The notes beneath the pieces were generated by a model that was given only the letters and a program-made list of their open reading frames with translations, was not told the DNA's origin and did no database searches. 25,674 nt of DNA from Octopus sinensis (lineage: Eukaryota): positions 1 through 25,674 of the forward strand of contig NW_021836011.1 of NCBI RefSeq assembly GCF_006345805.1, read 5' to 3'. Positions 10,140 through 22,390 of this stretch are shown here, piece by piece. The position numbers and the translations under genes were made by a program. Position 1 is the first letter of the stretch. The number at the start of each line of letters is the position of its first letter.

Positions 10140-12786
10140 GTCGAATTGGCCGTTTGCCAGAGACTCTGAATCAATGCAGCATAGCTTGAACGTAAAGAAA
10201 TCAATCTCTGTTAAGACTCTCTATTAGCAGAACAAGTTCCAAAATGGAAAAAAAAAAAATCATGTTTAATAAGCAAATTCTATGAAGAGGAGAACCAAAG
10301 TAGAACAAGGCAACCACAAATATGCTGAACAAAAAGCAATCGGAAATTAAAGGCACAAAAGTGAAAACACTTCTAAAGAAAATGACAAATAGAATGTCTT
10401 CAGACATTCTTGAAGATATTGCTTCAAAGATCTCGACTTTTAGCGCCGAGATTTGAAAACATAGAATGGGAAGAGCGTTATGGGGACAACACAGCCTGAT
10501 TTGGGGCCAGCTGTTCGATATGTAATTACAATAAAAATGAAGTTAAAAATGAAAGCATATATAAACGAATGGTTATACATTACAGAAGGACAATAGAAAT
10601 GGAGCGGTGTTTGGGTTCAGCCCTGACCCAAACATACGGGTGACTAAGTGTACGAACATCCAGGTACATCTATACTATAAATGTTTGTAGAATTTGAAAC
10701 AATGTTAAAAAAAATATACATCTCATGTTGGGAATAAGTTTAAATTAAATCGTGACTAAGATTTGATGGAACTTTTAAAGAATATCATCGTTTACTTGAA
10801 ATTAAATATAAATTCACAAAGAGTAGAGGAGAAAAATCCATCATGGCTGAAAGTGTGTCGTCTGCTTCATCCCAGTTAGACGTTTTCAGATGTTTGCCAA
10901 CTGCCATTACGGTTTTCATTCATAAAAAACCCCCAGCCAAACCACCGAAATGAAAACGTATCGCTTGATAGCCAGAACATCAATGTATAAGATATACGCT
11001 GAGGTGCTGTTGTTCTTACACGATTATTGTAGCACCGATAGTACTATAATACTCGAACAGTCTGGGGGGAAAAAGAAAGAAGTATGGGGTTATAGAGCAG
11101 AGCCATTATTAACCAAAAAAAAAAGAGCAGAGAACCGCAGGAACTTGGCAGTAATATAAGTTGGACTACCAGAAAGTCTTTGAGAGAATGCCAAATGGGT
11201 GGATTATCAAATTATTATAATCAGCCAAAGTTCCACAACCACTGGTAATTGTTATTCAACAACTAAACATGATTTGGTACCGGACCCGACATTTTTACGT
11301 GTCAGAAATAACAGACAAATCAAATCTAACGTGATACGTTATCAATGAGGCATCCTGCAGGGCGATGGTTAGTCAGTATTGCTCTTTGCCCTCGTTAAGT
11401 TTTATCATCATACTTACTCACACAACATAATGCTTACAGAAATAGATACCGTGAATCTAGGAACATTTCTCACCATTGTAGCAGACCTGGAGCTGATACA
11501 GTATTAACAGCAGAAAACAATTGGATTTTATTATCCAATATTGTTCAGGCACTGCGAGGAAATTTTGCGAGTTTGTATGTGCATTACGATGGTAAGACAG
11601 TGAAAACTTGTGCACTCCTACCCACGACCCCCGTCCAAACTAAACCTGAACAGTTTGTAAATACAGTCGTTAATTTCAAGTGAAAACTAAAACCCACTTC
11701 GGCAGGATGTGAATGTTAGGTAGGGGTGGTGGTGGCAAGAAATGAGTATCTTCTGCGAGTAAAAGAAAATATGGTGATTAGAACTGTCAGTTTGTAACAG
11801 ATGACAATCATAATGGCCGCAAAACCTTTGAAGTGCTTGTCCGGACTCCTAACTTTGGTCTTTCCTAGATTAATTACGACGAAAACGTAGCGAGATGGTT
11901 GTAAAATCTCAGGAGCCTCTGTGGTACTTTAAACTTCCATATCAATGGAGGACGTAGACGTTATATTTCCCACGCAGATAGAAATGCTTGTAGCCTTAAA
12001 TTTGTATTAACATTATAGCAGATGCTGATTGGAACATTAAAGCAACAACAGAAAAAACAAAAACAAAACGAAGGGAAATAAAAACCGTCAAAGCAAACAA
12101 ACAGAAAATTAGGCATGTATTTTGCTCAAATTTACGAGCACAAACATAGAAATATCGTTAGGATAGCTAACTAACTTGAGAAGCGCCATGAAATAAAAGC
12201 TGACACGGATTTCTCCCCAAGGAATAGGGGAAAAATCCTATTTAACACCAAATGAAAATACAGACAACAAGAGCATTTCATTGAGAAGGTTGTAGACGGA
12301 GTGTTTGAAACGTAAAACACAGGCCGTAAATTGAATAAACCACACTAAAAGCCTGGAATGGAAAAACTGACAAGTTTATAACATCTCACTCCTGAAAGTT
12401 ACCGCCATGCAGTGTAGCGGCGGGAAGGAACTCCCCATCACGTAACTTCTGCACAAATGCCAGAAATTATCAATTGACAGCAAGAACCACATCATTGCTA
12501 ACTGCAAGAAAAATGTTCTTAAGATGCTGGATAAGGCATGACAGAGAGAAGGAAGAATAATAGGAAATTCGTGCGGAAGGTGAAAAAAAAAATGATAGGA
12601 ATTGAGTGAATATAACCTGAAAATAGTAACCGAATTCAAACACAAGCAACTTTATATTGGGTCTAAGTGAGAATACGTTCTGCTCTGGATGTCAGCTGCC
12701 CACAGTGGTAAGAATAAACAGAAGGATGACATCTAAGGACCGATTATGAGCAGTATGCAAAATCGGTATCCAAAATACACTTTCAC
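10140..12786 (+). pseudogene. Heavily decayed R4/Dong-like (RLE-type) non-LTR retrotransposon ORF: RT, CCHC-like finger, restriction-like endonuclease
   Basis: Motifs in the expected order across frameshifts: TYRLIA..MYKI..EQSGGKK.VWG (10950-11159), LDYQKVFERMPNGWIIK (11161-11211), GILQGD (11349-11366), EYLLRVK (11744-11764), HIIANC (12488-12505), RHD (12534-12542), LDVSCP (12685-12702), RYPKYTF (to 12784). The 5' boundary is approximate. Confidence 0.8.
10480..10876 (+). other. Composite insertion: copy of 8712-8861, short linker, copy of 6684-6924
   Basis: 10480-10629 matches 8712-8861 with about 3 mismatches; linker 10630-10636; 10637-10876 matches 6684-6924. It interrupts the R4-like ORF. 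Confidence 0.92.
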
Positions 12787-12801
12787 CTATGTATACACAC
12801 A

Positions 12802-12853
<52 letters not shown>

Positions 12854-12959
12854 GCATACACACACATATGTATATATATATATACATATAATATACATAT
12901 ATACACAAAGAGGCAAGCCTTTAACAGGTTGTCTAGCATACTAGAAAGAACAGTCACAC

Positions 12960-12990
<31 letters not shown>

Positions 12991-13062
12991 GATACATAGC
13001 CACACACACACACACACACACATATATACTATATATATAGATAGACAGATACACACACACAC

Positions 13063-13101
<39 letters not shown>

Positions 13102-13108
13102 GATAGAT

Positions 13109-13141
<33 letters not shown>

Positions 13142-13144
13142 AAG

Positions 13145-13290
13145 TTAATCCAAACATGAAAACACAACAAGATGAGGACGTGGAACAAATATAGTATTAT
13201 TGGACGCTCAGGAAGGAAGGGAAGAAGAGGGTTTTACGTTTCGAGCGGAGCTCTTCGTCGGAAACATAGAAGGAAAGATCCAGAGAAGGG
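13145..13290 (-). mobile_element. Short non-autonomous, probably Penelope-associated repeat carrying a hammerhead-like motif
   Basis: Minus strand CCGACGA-A-GAGC(TCC)GCTC-GAAACGT...GCGTC; a related copy lies at 23265-23447. Boundaries approximate. Confidence 0.55.
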
Positions 13291-13299
13291 AACACAGAG

Positions 13300-13353
<54 letters not shown>

Positions 13354-13656
13354 TGGCACCTTACAGTTCTTATCGAAGAATTATCTAGAAGAACTGTCTG
13401 TTGTCAATCCTTTGTTGGGAAGAATCGGTGACAGACCAACAAAGGTGAAAACCAGTTTATCAGAGAACTAAACACTGAGAAAAAAAAATGGAAGAACTGA
13501 ACATCATGGAAGGCGATTGGAACAAACAACCCCACCCTAAAACATTGCTGTCCTCTCGTCGATTACCAATGATGTCCAAGGTGGAAAGAAAAACGCGTAA
13601 GACTTACACAACACTGCAAGGATGAAGATCGCCTTCGATAGCGAAGAATAACCATT

Positions 13657-14111
<455 letters not shown>

Positions 14112-14339
14112 GATTACAATCATTTAACATATTTAGTAGTCTACTCTCGGTCGACCAGTCTTGAAAAAAAAAACCTCGCAAACAGTCCAGAGTTCTTGCA
14201 GACGAAGAAAAAATTAGTCATCAACTAATATTGGTTTTCTTTTACCGCATGTAGGAGTTAAATCTCATTAATGTACTCAGCATTAAGTATGCTTTCACCT
14301 ACATTACTTCATATTCAAATCTTTTTACATACGCCATTC

Positions 14340-14359
14340 TCTCTCTCCTCCTCGCCACC

Positions 14360-14418
<59 letters not shown>

Positions 14419-14424
14419 CTTTTA

Positions 14425-14457
<33 letters not shown>

Positions 14458-14900
14458 GTCTGTTTATATCTCTATCATTCTATCGCTCTGACACGTACGC
14501 AGAAATCCTTCTTTTTCTCTTTTTTTAACTACTCTATCGCTGTCTTTCTGCTTATTTCTGAATAATTTTATCAGTTTATCTGACGCACACAAATCCTCTT
14601 TCTATCTATTTAACTGTCTGTTTCTCTCTCTCTAAATATATATCTCAATCACACTATCTAACACACACTTACACCCTCTCTTTCTGTCTATTTAACTGTC
14701 TGTCTCCCTACCTCTATATCTCTCTGATCGTATCTGTGCCTCTCTATTATCGTCTGCTTCACATCAGTCTAACAGTTATTCTCTCTCTCTCTCTGTTCAT
14801 TGTTTATTTTTCTGTCTTAATTGTCTGCACAAACTCTTATCTATATTTATCCCTACATATTAGCTCACAATCACTCTTTCTCTCCCGCTTTCCCTCTCTC
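14340..14900. repeat. (CT)n/(TATC)n pyrimidine-rich low-complexity tract
   Basis: Directly visible. Confidence 0.85.
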
Positions 14901-15111
14901 GTTCGAAAGTTTCTTTAAGCTTCCGTTTAGCAGTCAAGAGAAGAAGCTCCGAACTCTTCAAAGATAAAATAACTTTCCTACAGACAAAATTTATGTATCA
15001 GAAATGTAATCAGTTTACTCCTCTTACCTGTGGTATACCTGCCAATTTACTCCTGTGACTTGGGCTATACTGGCTACTTGTAAAGCTATTCCTATAACTA
15101 TTAACAATAAT

Positions 15112-15541
15112 AGCTTCAAATTTAGGCACAAGGCCAGCAATTTCGGGGCTAGGGTAAGTCGATTACATCGACCCCAGTGTTCAACTGGTACTTATTTTAT
15201 TGACCCCTAAGGGATGAAAGGCAAAATCGACCTCGGCGTAGATTGAATTCAGAACGTAAAGACGAACAAAATGTCGCTAATCATTTTTGCTCGTCGTGCT
15301 AACGTTTCTTATTTCTTTATTGCCCACAAGGGGCTAAACATAGAGGGGACAAACAAGGACAGACGAAGGGATTAAGTCGATTACAGCGACCCCAGTGTGT
15401 AACTGAAACTTAATTTTTCGACCCCGAAAGGATGAAAAGCAAAGTCGACCTCGGCGGAATTTGAACTCAGAACGTAACGGCAGACGAAATACTGCTAAGC
15501 ATTTCGCCCGGCGTGCTAACGTTTCTGCCAGTTCACCTCCT
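15112..15541 (-). mobile_element. SINE S2 dimer: head + tail-A unit, then a head-truncated tail-B unit
   Basis: Junction at 15310/15309 (...AAAGAAATA|AGAAACGTTAG...). Flanking direct repeat TAACTATTAA(C/T)A(A/G)TAAT at 15095-15111 and 15542-15558 (15/17 identical). Confidence 0.88.
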
Positions 15542-16789
15542 TAACTATTAATAGTAATGGTTTCATTTGAACATTCAAAAGACTTGATTTTTTTTTTCTA
15601 CTATTCTTAGAATCTAATGACAGTCAAATTATGGCTCACGTGCTACACGCGGATCTCGAAGCTTCCCAGCGTGATATTGAATTCCAGTGCTATTTTTCTA
15701 AAACAGTACACTCTAGAGATAGAGGAACATAGCTACACCCCCCCCCCACACACACGTGTGTGTGGATAGGTATTTGTACGTGTGTGTGTGTATATATATA
15801 TTTATTCACACGCACACACATATTGTATATATATATATATATATGTATGTATATGTATATATGCACATACAATTATATGGATGTAGTGTGTGTGTATAGC
15901 CATGCACGTTTGTATGTAGACTGCAGCTTTAGAATATATATATATATATTATATATATATATATTAAAAAAAAAATCTCATCTATGCTATGGCTTCTTAT
16001 CAAACATCATGGCCACCCCTGATACAAACCAAGCTGAATGAATGGATATTAGTGTATTGCAGATGCTTATTGCATTATTCAGCTTACATAATAGGCTTGA
16101 TTCACATATCAATAACGTTTGATTATGAACTGATAGGGAGCCTAACTGTTACGTGAGTTCATATTCGGAAGCAGATGTGTTATATCTGTGTCACTGTTAT
16201 CATTTTGAATGTAAGCTTTCTATAGTATTATTTATGAGGAAAAGTAGCACGAAGCTTCTCCCGGTGAGAGACGAACTTAGTATTAAGAGATTCAAAGATT
16301 TTTTTAGCTTGTAGGCAATACCTAACACTTTTGTATTTCTCTCCCGTTCGGCCTTCTTCAGTCTGTCTCTGGACACCACACACACACACACACACACACG
16401 CATACACCAACGCACAAAAAACACACAGACGCTCTTACTCACTCACTCACGTAAACACATACATACATACATACATATAGACAGTGGCGGCTCGTACATA
16501 AAAATCAGTGGGGGTTCTGCTTCAGAAAACGTTTTGCTGTTGTTTTAATATTGTGTAAAAGGAAACAAAGATATAAAAAGAATATTTATACATAAACTTG
16601 ATCAGTTCGCGTTTTAGCCACTGCCGAGTAGTGTGTTGAATTTGTTCACAGAAAACCGCCGCGAAATCCCCCTTGTTTTTCAACCCGCCCAATGACAAAA
16701 TAAGGGTGGAAAATCTGCCCTATTTTTCAAATCCTGGCAGCAACACTAAAGCTGGAAGTAAGATAATAATCTAATTCTACATTTTATTA

Positions 16790-17345
16790 TATTCAAGAAT
16801 ATGTTAGGTAGCATGGTTCCGTTTACGAAGATTGATTTCTGCTTCATGTATTATTGTATCTGCATTGCACAACTGTTAGAGTGGGCATGCATCGGTATGT
16901 CTGCACTAACACCTACAAATTTAGTGGGTCTTTGTATTTTAACATCTTTCATATTTGCGAGTACAGCTTTAGTTTACTTTTAGGGTGTTCCTGTTGAATA
17001 TATTTCTGTAGTTATGTTTAATAGAGAAATGTTTACCTAATGAAGCTTAGGAAATTTCTGGCAATATTTCATTTAGTATTTAGGGAGGGATTATAATTCT
17101 TATAATCTTGCTGGCTTATCTTTAGCATTAAAAGGAGGAGGCCTGGAAGTGTACTAAACTTTGCCTTTGAACATGAAAGCAGCCTAAAATATCATTGTAA
17201 TAAGGAGTCGCCTTGTCAAAGGTCTCTTTGCTTCTGACCAGGTCTATAAAATGTATATCTTTGTGGCAGGAGCCGGTATAAATTTACGATAGCTTTTATA
17301 TATTTGCTTTACAAAAGGGTTCGTGCATAAATCTAAGCTGGCGTC
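16790..17345 (-). pseudogene. Decayed Penelope-like element fragment (RT C-terminus to start of the GIY-YIG region)
   Basis: Minus strand: DKATPYYNDIL (17217-17185), YNP (about 17094), KHFSIKHNYRNIFNRNTLKV (17034-16975), then CRH..ACPL..C...II.EA. This resembles the KHF...H....FNRNT.K.SYSC and C.C....CPL.G.C motifs of Penelope-like elements. Confidence 0.8.
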
Positions 17346-18061
17346 TCAGAAATTTACGTTGCTAAAGTTAATACTAAAGCCTATTATATATATATGCGTG
17401 AGTGTGTGTAGATCTTTATGTATATGATATATACTTCTATGCATGAGTATGTGAGTGTGTTGCATAAGTATAAGTATGTATGTTCTCTGTGTTAGGTGTG
17501 TGTGTGTGTGTGTGAAAGATGCACACACAACAGTATGCAAATAGTGTGCGCTGCATTATGTCTATAGTGCATGTATGTATATATATTGCGTCTGTAATAT
17601 AAATCCCTCATTTATTCCTTATTCTTTGTGATCTTCAAAGAGATCAGGGCTCCAGAAATCTGATTCCAGTGATTTGTAATTAGCAGCTACTGACATACGG
17701 AATATTCCTCTAACGGAAACTCTAAACACCGCGCAAAGATAACACATGGCTTCACATGTAACGAGAAACTCTATAATGAGACCTCCTCGCAATAAAAGGA
17801 AAAAAACAAACAAACCAAACAAACAAACAAACAAACCAAAACCAAAAATGCAAGACAAAAGCATGAAAAACAATTCTGGATGCATGTGCGTGCATGTAGC
17901 ATCACTACCCCCCCCCCTGAACGAGCTATGTTTAGCTCACCTCTTCCTTTCCCCCTTTTCCTCCTCTTTCTGCTCCTCTCCTCCTTCTCTTCCCCTCTCT
18001 TTTCCTTCTCCCTTTTCTTGTCCACCCTCCTGTTCCTCCCCCCAGTCTCTCTTCTTCTGCT

Positions 18062-18375
18062 CTTCCCTCTCGCATCACCTCATCTTCCCTCTCGACTCTC
18101 CTCGTCTTCCCTCTCGCCTCTCCTCGTCTTCCCTCTCGCCTCTCCTCATCTTCCCTCTCGCCTCTCCTCATCTTCCCTCTCGCCTCTCCTCATCTTCCCT
18201 CTCGCTTCTCGTCTTCCCCTCTCGCCTCTCCTCATCTTCCCTCTCGCCTCTCCTCATCTTCCCTCTCGCCTCTCCTCATCTTCCCTCTCGCCTCTCCTCG
18301 TCTTCCCTCTCGCCTCTCCTCGTCTTCCCTCTCGCCTCTCCTCGTCTTCCCTCTCGCCTCTCCTCATCTTCCCCC
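18062..18375. repeat. 22-bp minisatellite CTTCCCTCTCGCCTCTCCTC(A/G)T, about 14 copies
   Basis: Directly visible; explains the ORFs starting at 17746 and 17880 and the minus-strand ORFs. Confidence 0.93.
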
Positions 18376-18440
18376 TCTCTACTGCCGTCGTCAGCGTTAT
18401 TACTGAGATAAGCACAAATGTGCTTTGCCATGAATATCTT

Positions 18441-18474
<34 letters not shown>

Positions 18475-19184
18475 AAGCGTTTTGCGATAGTCTCCAGAAT
18501 TCTTCAAATTGATCCATCCACGTTGAATAACCAAAACAGCTCAACAAACATCCTTTCTCATTCTGCTTCCAAACTAAACACTCCCGTAATCTTGGTATGT
18601 TTTACTCCCAACACTTCCTTCCCCCACCCCACCTCCCCACCTCGCCTGTCACCATTTTCCATACATATCTCCTTCTATTCTTCCCACATTATTTATTACC
18701 CCCTCTTTATTCCCAACAATATTTTCAAACATTTGCTTTGCTTTCGCTTTTGACAACTTAACAACAATCATTCCTTTCGCCAAACACCGCGCATTTATTT
18801 CGCTAACGCATCATTCTCTACAGATGCTGTTTGCCTGTCTTTCCTACCCGCGCAACAATTTCTCTGTCACTTCTATTTGCAGAATACAATTGCCATTAAC
18901 CAACTGCTCTACTTACTTTGTGCACTTATCGCCTCAATTACACCACTTGACTTCAGAACATCTAATTCGCAGATGCTGGTGAAATTTGTAGCAAAGTGCA
19001 TTGTATGCAAGTGCATTTTATCTGTTATCTCGGTGCACACTTAAATTGCACTTGCAGTAAAGACACCACCCAGCTTCTTGTGACGTAACTCGTTCATTTC
19101 TGCAAGCATTGCTTCCTATACAATATCGTACGTTCCTCCCCTTAGGCCTCTATATTTCATTTTCACTTATTTAGGTCACATCGC

Positions 19185-19390
19185 TGGCATGGCTGTGTGC
19201 TTAAGCAGCTAACTTTTGCAACCACGTGGCTTTGGGTTCAGTCCTACTGCGTGGTAACTCGGGAAAAGTGTCTTCTACTGTATAGCCCCTGGCCGACCAA
19301 TGCCTCTTGAGTACATTTGGGAGACAAAAACTGAGTGAAAGCCTATCTAGCTATCTAGCTATCTACCTATCTAGCTATCTACCTATCTAC

Positions 19391-19428
<38 letters not shown>

Positions 19429-20130
19429 CGTTTTTTTCCCTCTTCCCCCTTTTTTCCTCTTCCCCTTTTTTCCTCTTTTTTTCTTTTTTCATTTCTCTTT
19501 TCTTTTGTTCCTTTTTTCTTTTTTTTTGTTTTATTTTTTGTTCTTTTTTTTTCCCTTTTACGATCCCTTTTGATCGAAAACCTACGCCACCTTTTTTTTG
19601 TTTCTTTTGTTTTTTGTTTTTTTCATCCCCCAAAAGAAAAGCTCTACCTTGTAACTTGTCCCATCTGTGTGGCCAATAAAGAAACTTATCTACCTACCTA
19701 TCTATCTACCTATCTATCTACCTATCTATCTACCTACCTATCTATCTACCTATCTATCTACCTATCTATCTACCTACCTATCTATCTACCTACCTATCTA
19801 CCTATCTACCTATCTACCTATCTATCTATCTATCTATCTATCAACATTTCTATTTATCTATCCAGTCTATGCATGTATGTATATATCTCTCTCTCTATCT
19901 ATCAACATGTCTGTCTGTCTTAACTATATACCTGTGCTTTTGTGTTTGTCACTCACCACCACTTAACAACCGGTATTGGTTTGTTTGTGTCTCAGTCGTA
20001 GCGGTTCGACAAGACGGACCCATAGAATAAACTGTAAACTTGAAAAAGAAAAAAGCACTAGGACCATGTTCTGCCAACAATGTACGAGTGCTTGTGCCTG
20101 GCTGTTGTTCATCTATTTTAAGCAGGTCCT
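19185..20130 (+). mobile_element. Old SINE S1 split by an expanded (TATC/TACC)n tract and a nested insertion
   Basis: Head and central segment at about 19185-19345; tail from about 19920 (CTTAACAACCGGTATTGG...). 3' boundary approximate. Confidence 0.75.
19430..19684 (+). mobile_element. Probable L1/Tx1-like LINE 3' UTR fragment inside (TATC)n
   Basis: T-rich body, CCTTGTAAC motif and terminal TGTGGCCAATAAAGAAA, similar to the ends at 8680 and 24976. (TATC)-type repeat on both sides. Confidence 0.55.
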
Positions 20131-20171
20131 CATCTTCCACAACAGAAGGTCTCCCTGACTTTTTGTCTTCG

Positions 20172-20300
20172 ATGCTCTGAGTTCAAATTCTGCAGAGGTC
20201 GACTTTGCCTTTAATCCTTTCGGGGTCGATGGAATAAGTACCAGTCGAGGATTGGGAGTCGATGTAATCAACTTACCCCTCCCTACCAATTTCAGGCATA
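20172..20300 (+). mobile_element. SINE S2, 5'-truncated
   Basis: CTCTGAGTTCAAATTC...GGTCGACTTTGCC...TCGATGTAATC matches the S2 body. Confidence 0.85.
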
Positions 20301-20544
20301 AAAGGAAAATAAAAAAAGGTGAACGATTTTAAGAAACTTTTACTTGTCAGTAATGTCGAATCTGCTGCTTTTATAAATATTTGTCTTGTAATGTTGATAC
20401 GACGCTGACATCTACGTTCTTTAAGTTCAAGCATACATCCAAAACATATTGATTAGGCCAACTCAAGTTTCGTAGCAGTAGCTTTACTTATCATCAGATT
20501 TTTCTCTTCGTTGCTATGCCTTCAAGGTTTACTATTTCTGTATA

Positions 20545-20590
20545 CATAATAATAATAATAGTAATGATCATAATAATAATAAGGATGATG

Positions 20591-20626
<36 letters not shown>
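20545..20626. repeat. (TAA)n/(TGA)n microsatellite
   Basis: Directly visible. Confidence 0.95.
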
Positions 20627-20629
<3 letters not shown>

Positions 20630-21051
20630 GCTAAAAGTGCATCTTGTTTATATACGGAAAGACGAAATAATAGTCCAGAAATTGGTATGATTAACAAGGA
20701 ATGGTAGGACGTGGCGTTGGATTGGGGACTGGGTTAGCGTAAAGGGATTTAGATACGATGCCAATTAGTGACTTACCAAACCACACAATATTTTCTTTGA
20801 ATACGATAATAGATTTTTTCTCTCGCATGGAATACTTACTTAGAAACGATAAAAACACGAAATGTCCATACGTACGAAACCTATGCAGCCGAGAAAAAAA
20901 GAAATGTCCAATAGTTGTCTCTTTCTGACTCTGTGGAAGAAAAAAAAATGGCTCGAAGACAAAGTAAGAAAATGCTGCTGCTACCTGTTACGGGAATCTC
21001 AGTTGCAGTGGAGGACATTCTCAATGTGAGACACACAATTCTTCATCAGAC

Positions 21052-21447
21052 AGGCGCAGGAGTGGCTGTGTGGTAAGTAGCTTGTTTACCAACCACATGG
21101 TTCCGGGTTCAGTCCCACTGCGTGGCACCTTGGGCAAGTGTCTTCTACTATAGCCTTGGGCCGACCAAAGCCTTGTGAGTGGATTTGGTAGACGGAAACT
21201 GAAAGAAGCCCGTCGTATATATGTATGTGTGTGTGTTTGTATGTCTGTGTTTGTCCCCCTAGCATTGCTTGACAACCGATGCTGGTGTGTTTATGTCCCC
21301 GTCACTTAGCGGTTCGGCAAAAAAGAGACCGATAGAATAAGTACTGGGCTTACAAAGAATAAGTCCGGGGTCGAGTTGCTCGACTAAAGGCGGTGCTCCA
21401 GCATGGCCGCAGTCAAATGACTGAAACAAGTAAAAGAGTAAAGAGTA
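21052..21447 (+). mobile_element. SINE S1, full length, near consensus
   Basis: AGGCGCAGGAGTGGCTGTGTGG head through ...AAAAGAGTAAAGAGTA tail. Confidence 0.95.
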
Positions 21448-21834
21448 TACTTTGAAGCAGAAACTGACATGAATACCGTTTGTTCGAGTTTGTTACAAAT
21501 GTTCACATTGTTTTATGCGAAGACTTCTGCGCATTTCTCTCTCTCCCTCTCCCTCTCTCTGTCTCTCTCCAAATTCTTAACGATGTACGAGCATTTGTGT
21601 TCTGTTAGCCGAGGTCTTTCCTGGCATTTTGCAATTTAGTAATCTGTTAAAATAATAAACAAACAACAATATATAAACAAATAACTTGCTTTATCACAGG
21701 ATCTGCTCAAACCCAGCAGAGTTTGCGGACTACAAGTCAAATATATGTCTAAATATTGTAGACGGCAAGTAGTAATCGTGTGTCTGTTTGCGTGTATACA
21801 TACATATATATGTGCACATATTATTTGTGTGTGT

Positions 21835-21868
<34 letters not shown>

Positions 21869-21960
21869 GTATATTATATTATATATATTAATATTATAAT
21901 ACATATTATATTATATATATTATATTATGTATTATAATATATATATATATAGTATATTAT

Positions 21961-22241
21961 GTGGAGGCGCAATGGCCCAGTGGTTAGGGCAGCGGACTCG
22001 CGGTCGTAGGATCGCGGTTTCGATTCCCTGACCAGGCGTTGTGAGTGTTTATTGAGCAGAAACACCTAAAGCTCTTCGAGGCTCCGGGCAGGGGGTGGTG
22101 GCGATCCCTGCTGTACTCTTTCGCTACAACTTTCTCTCACTCTTTCAGCGGGGTGGCGTCATTTGAAGGCTAAAACAATGCGAAGCACATTGTGACCAGC
22201 GATGTGTAGCAACATCTGATAGCCTGGTCGATCACGGTGAT
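21961..22241 (+). mobile_element. SINE S3 with an alternative short tail, inserted in an AT-rich tract
   Basis: Same head and body as 1469-1854 up to TTTCTCTCACTCTT, then an unrelated tail ending GGTCGATCACGGTGA. 13-bp TSD TATAGTATATTAT at 21948-21960 and 22242-22254. Confidence 0.9.
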
Positions 22242-22354
22242 TATAGTATATTATATATATTATATTTTATATTATATATACTATAATATATATTATATTA
22301 TAATATATATTATATTATAGTATCTATATATATTATAGGATCTATATAATTATA

Positions 22355-22390
<36 letters not shown>

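Noticed and set aside
16482-16760. CAGTGGCGG start resembling a hAT terminal repeat
   Set aside because: Only a 7-bp partner (GCCACTG, about 16617-16623) and no 8-bp TSD; too weak to call.
17619-18512. ORFs of 88-221 aa around the pyrimidine tract
   Set aside because: Low-complexity or minisatellite translations with no domain.
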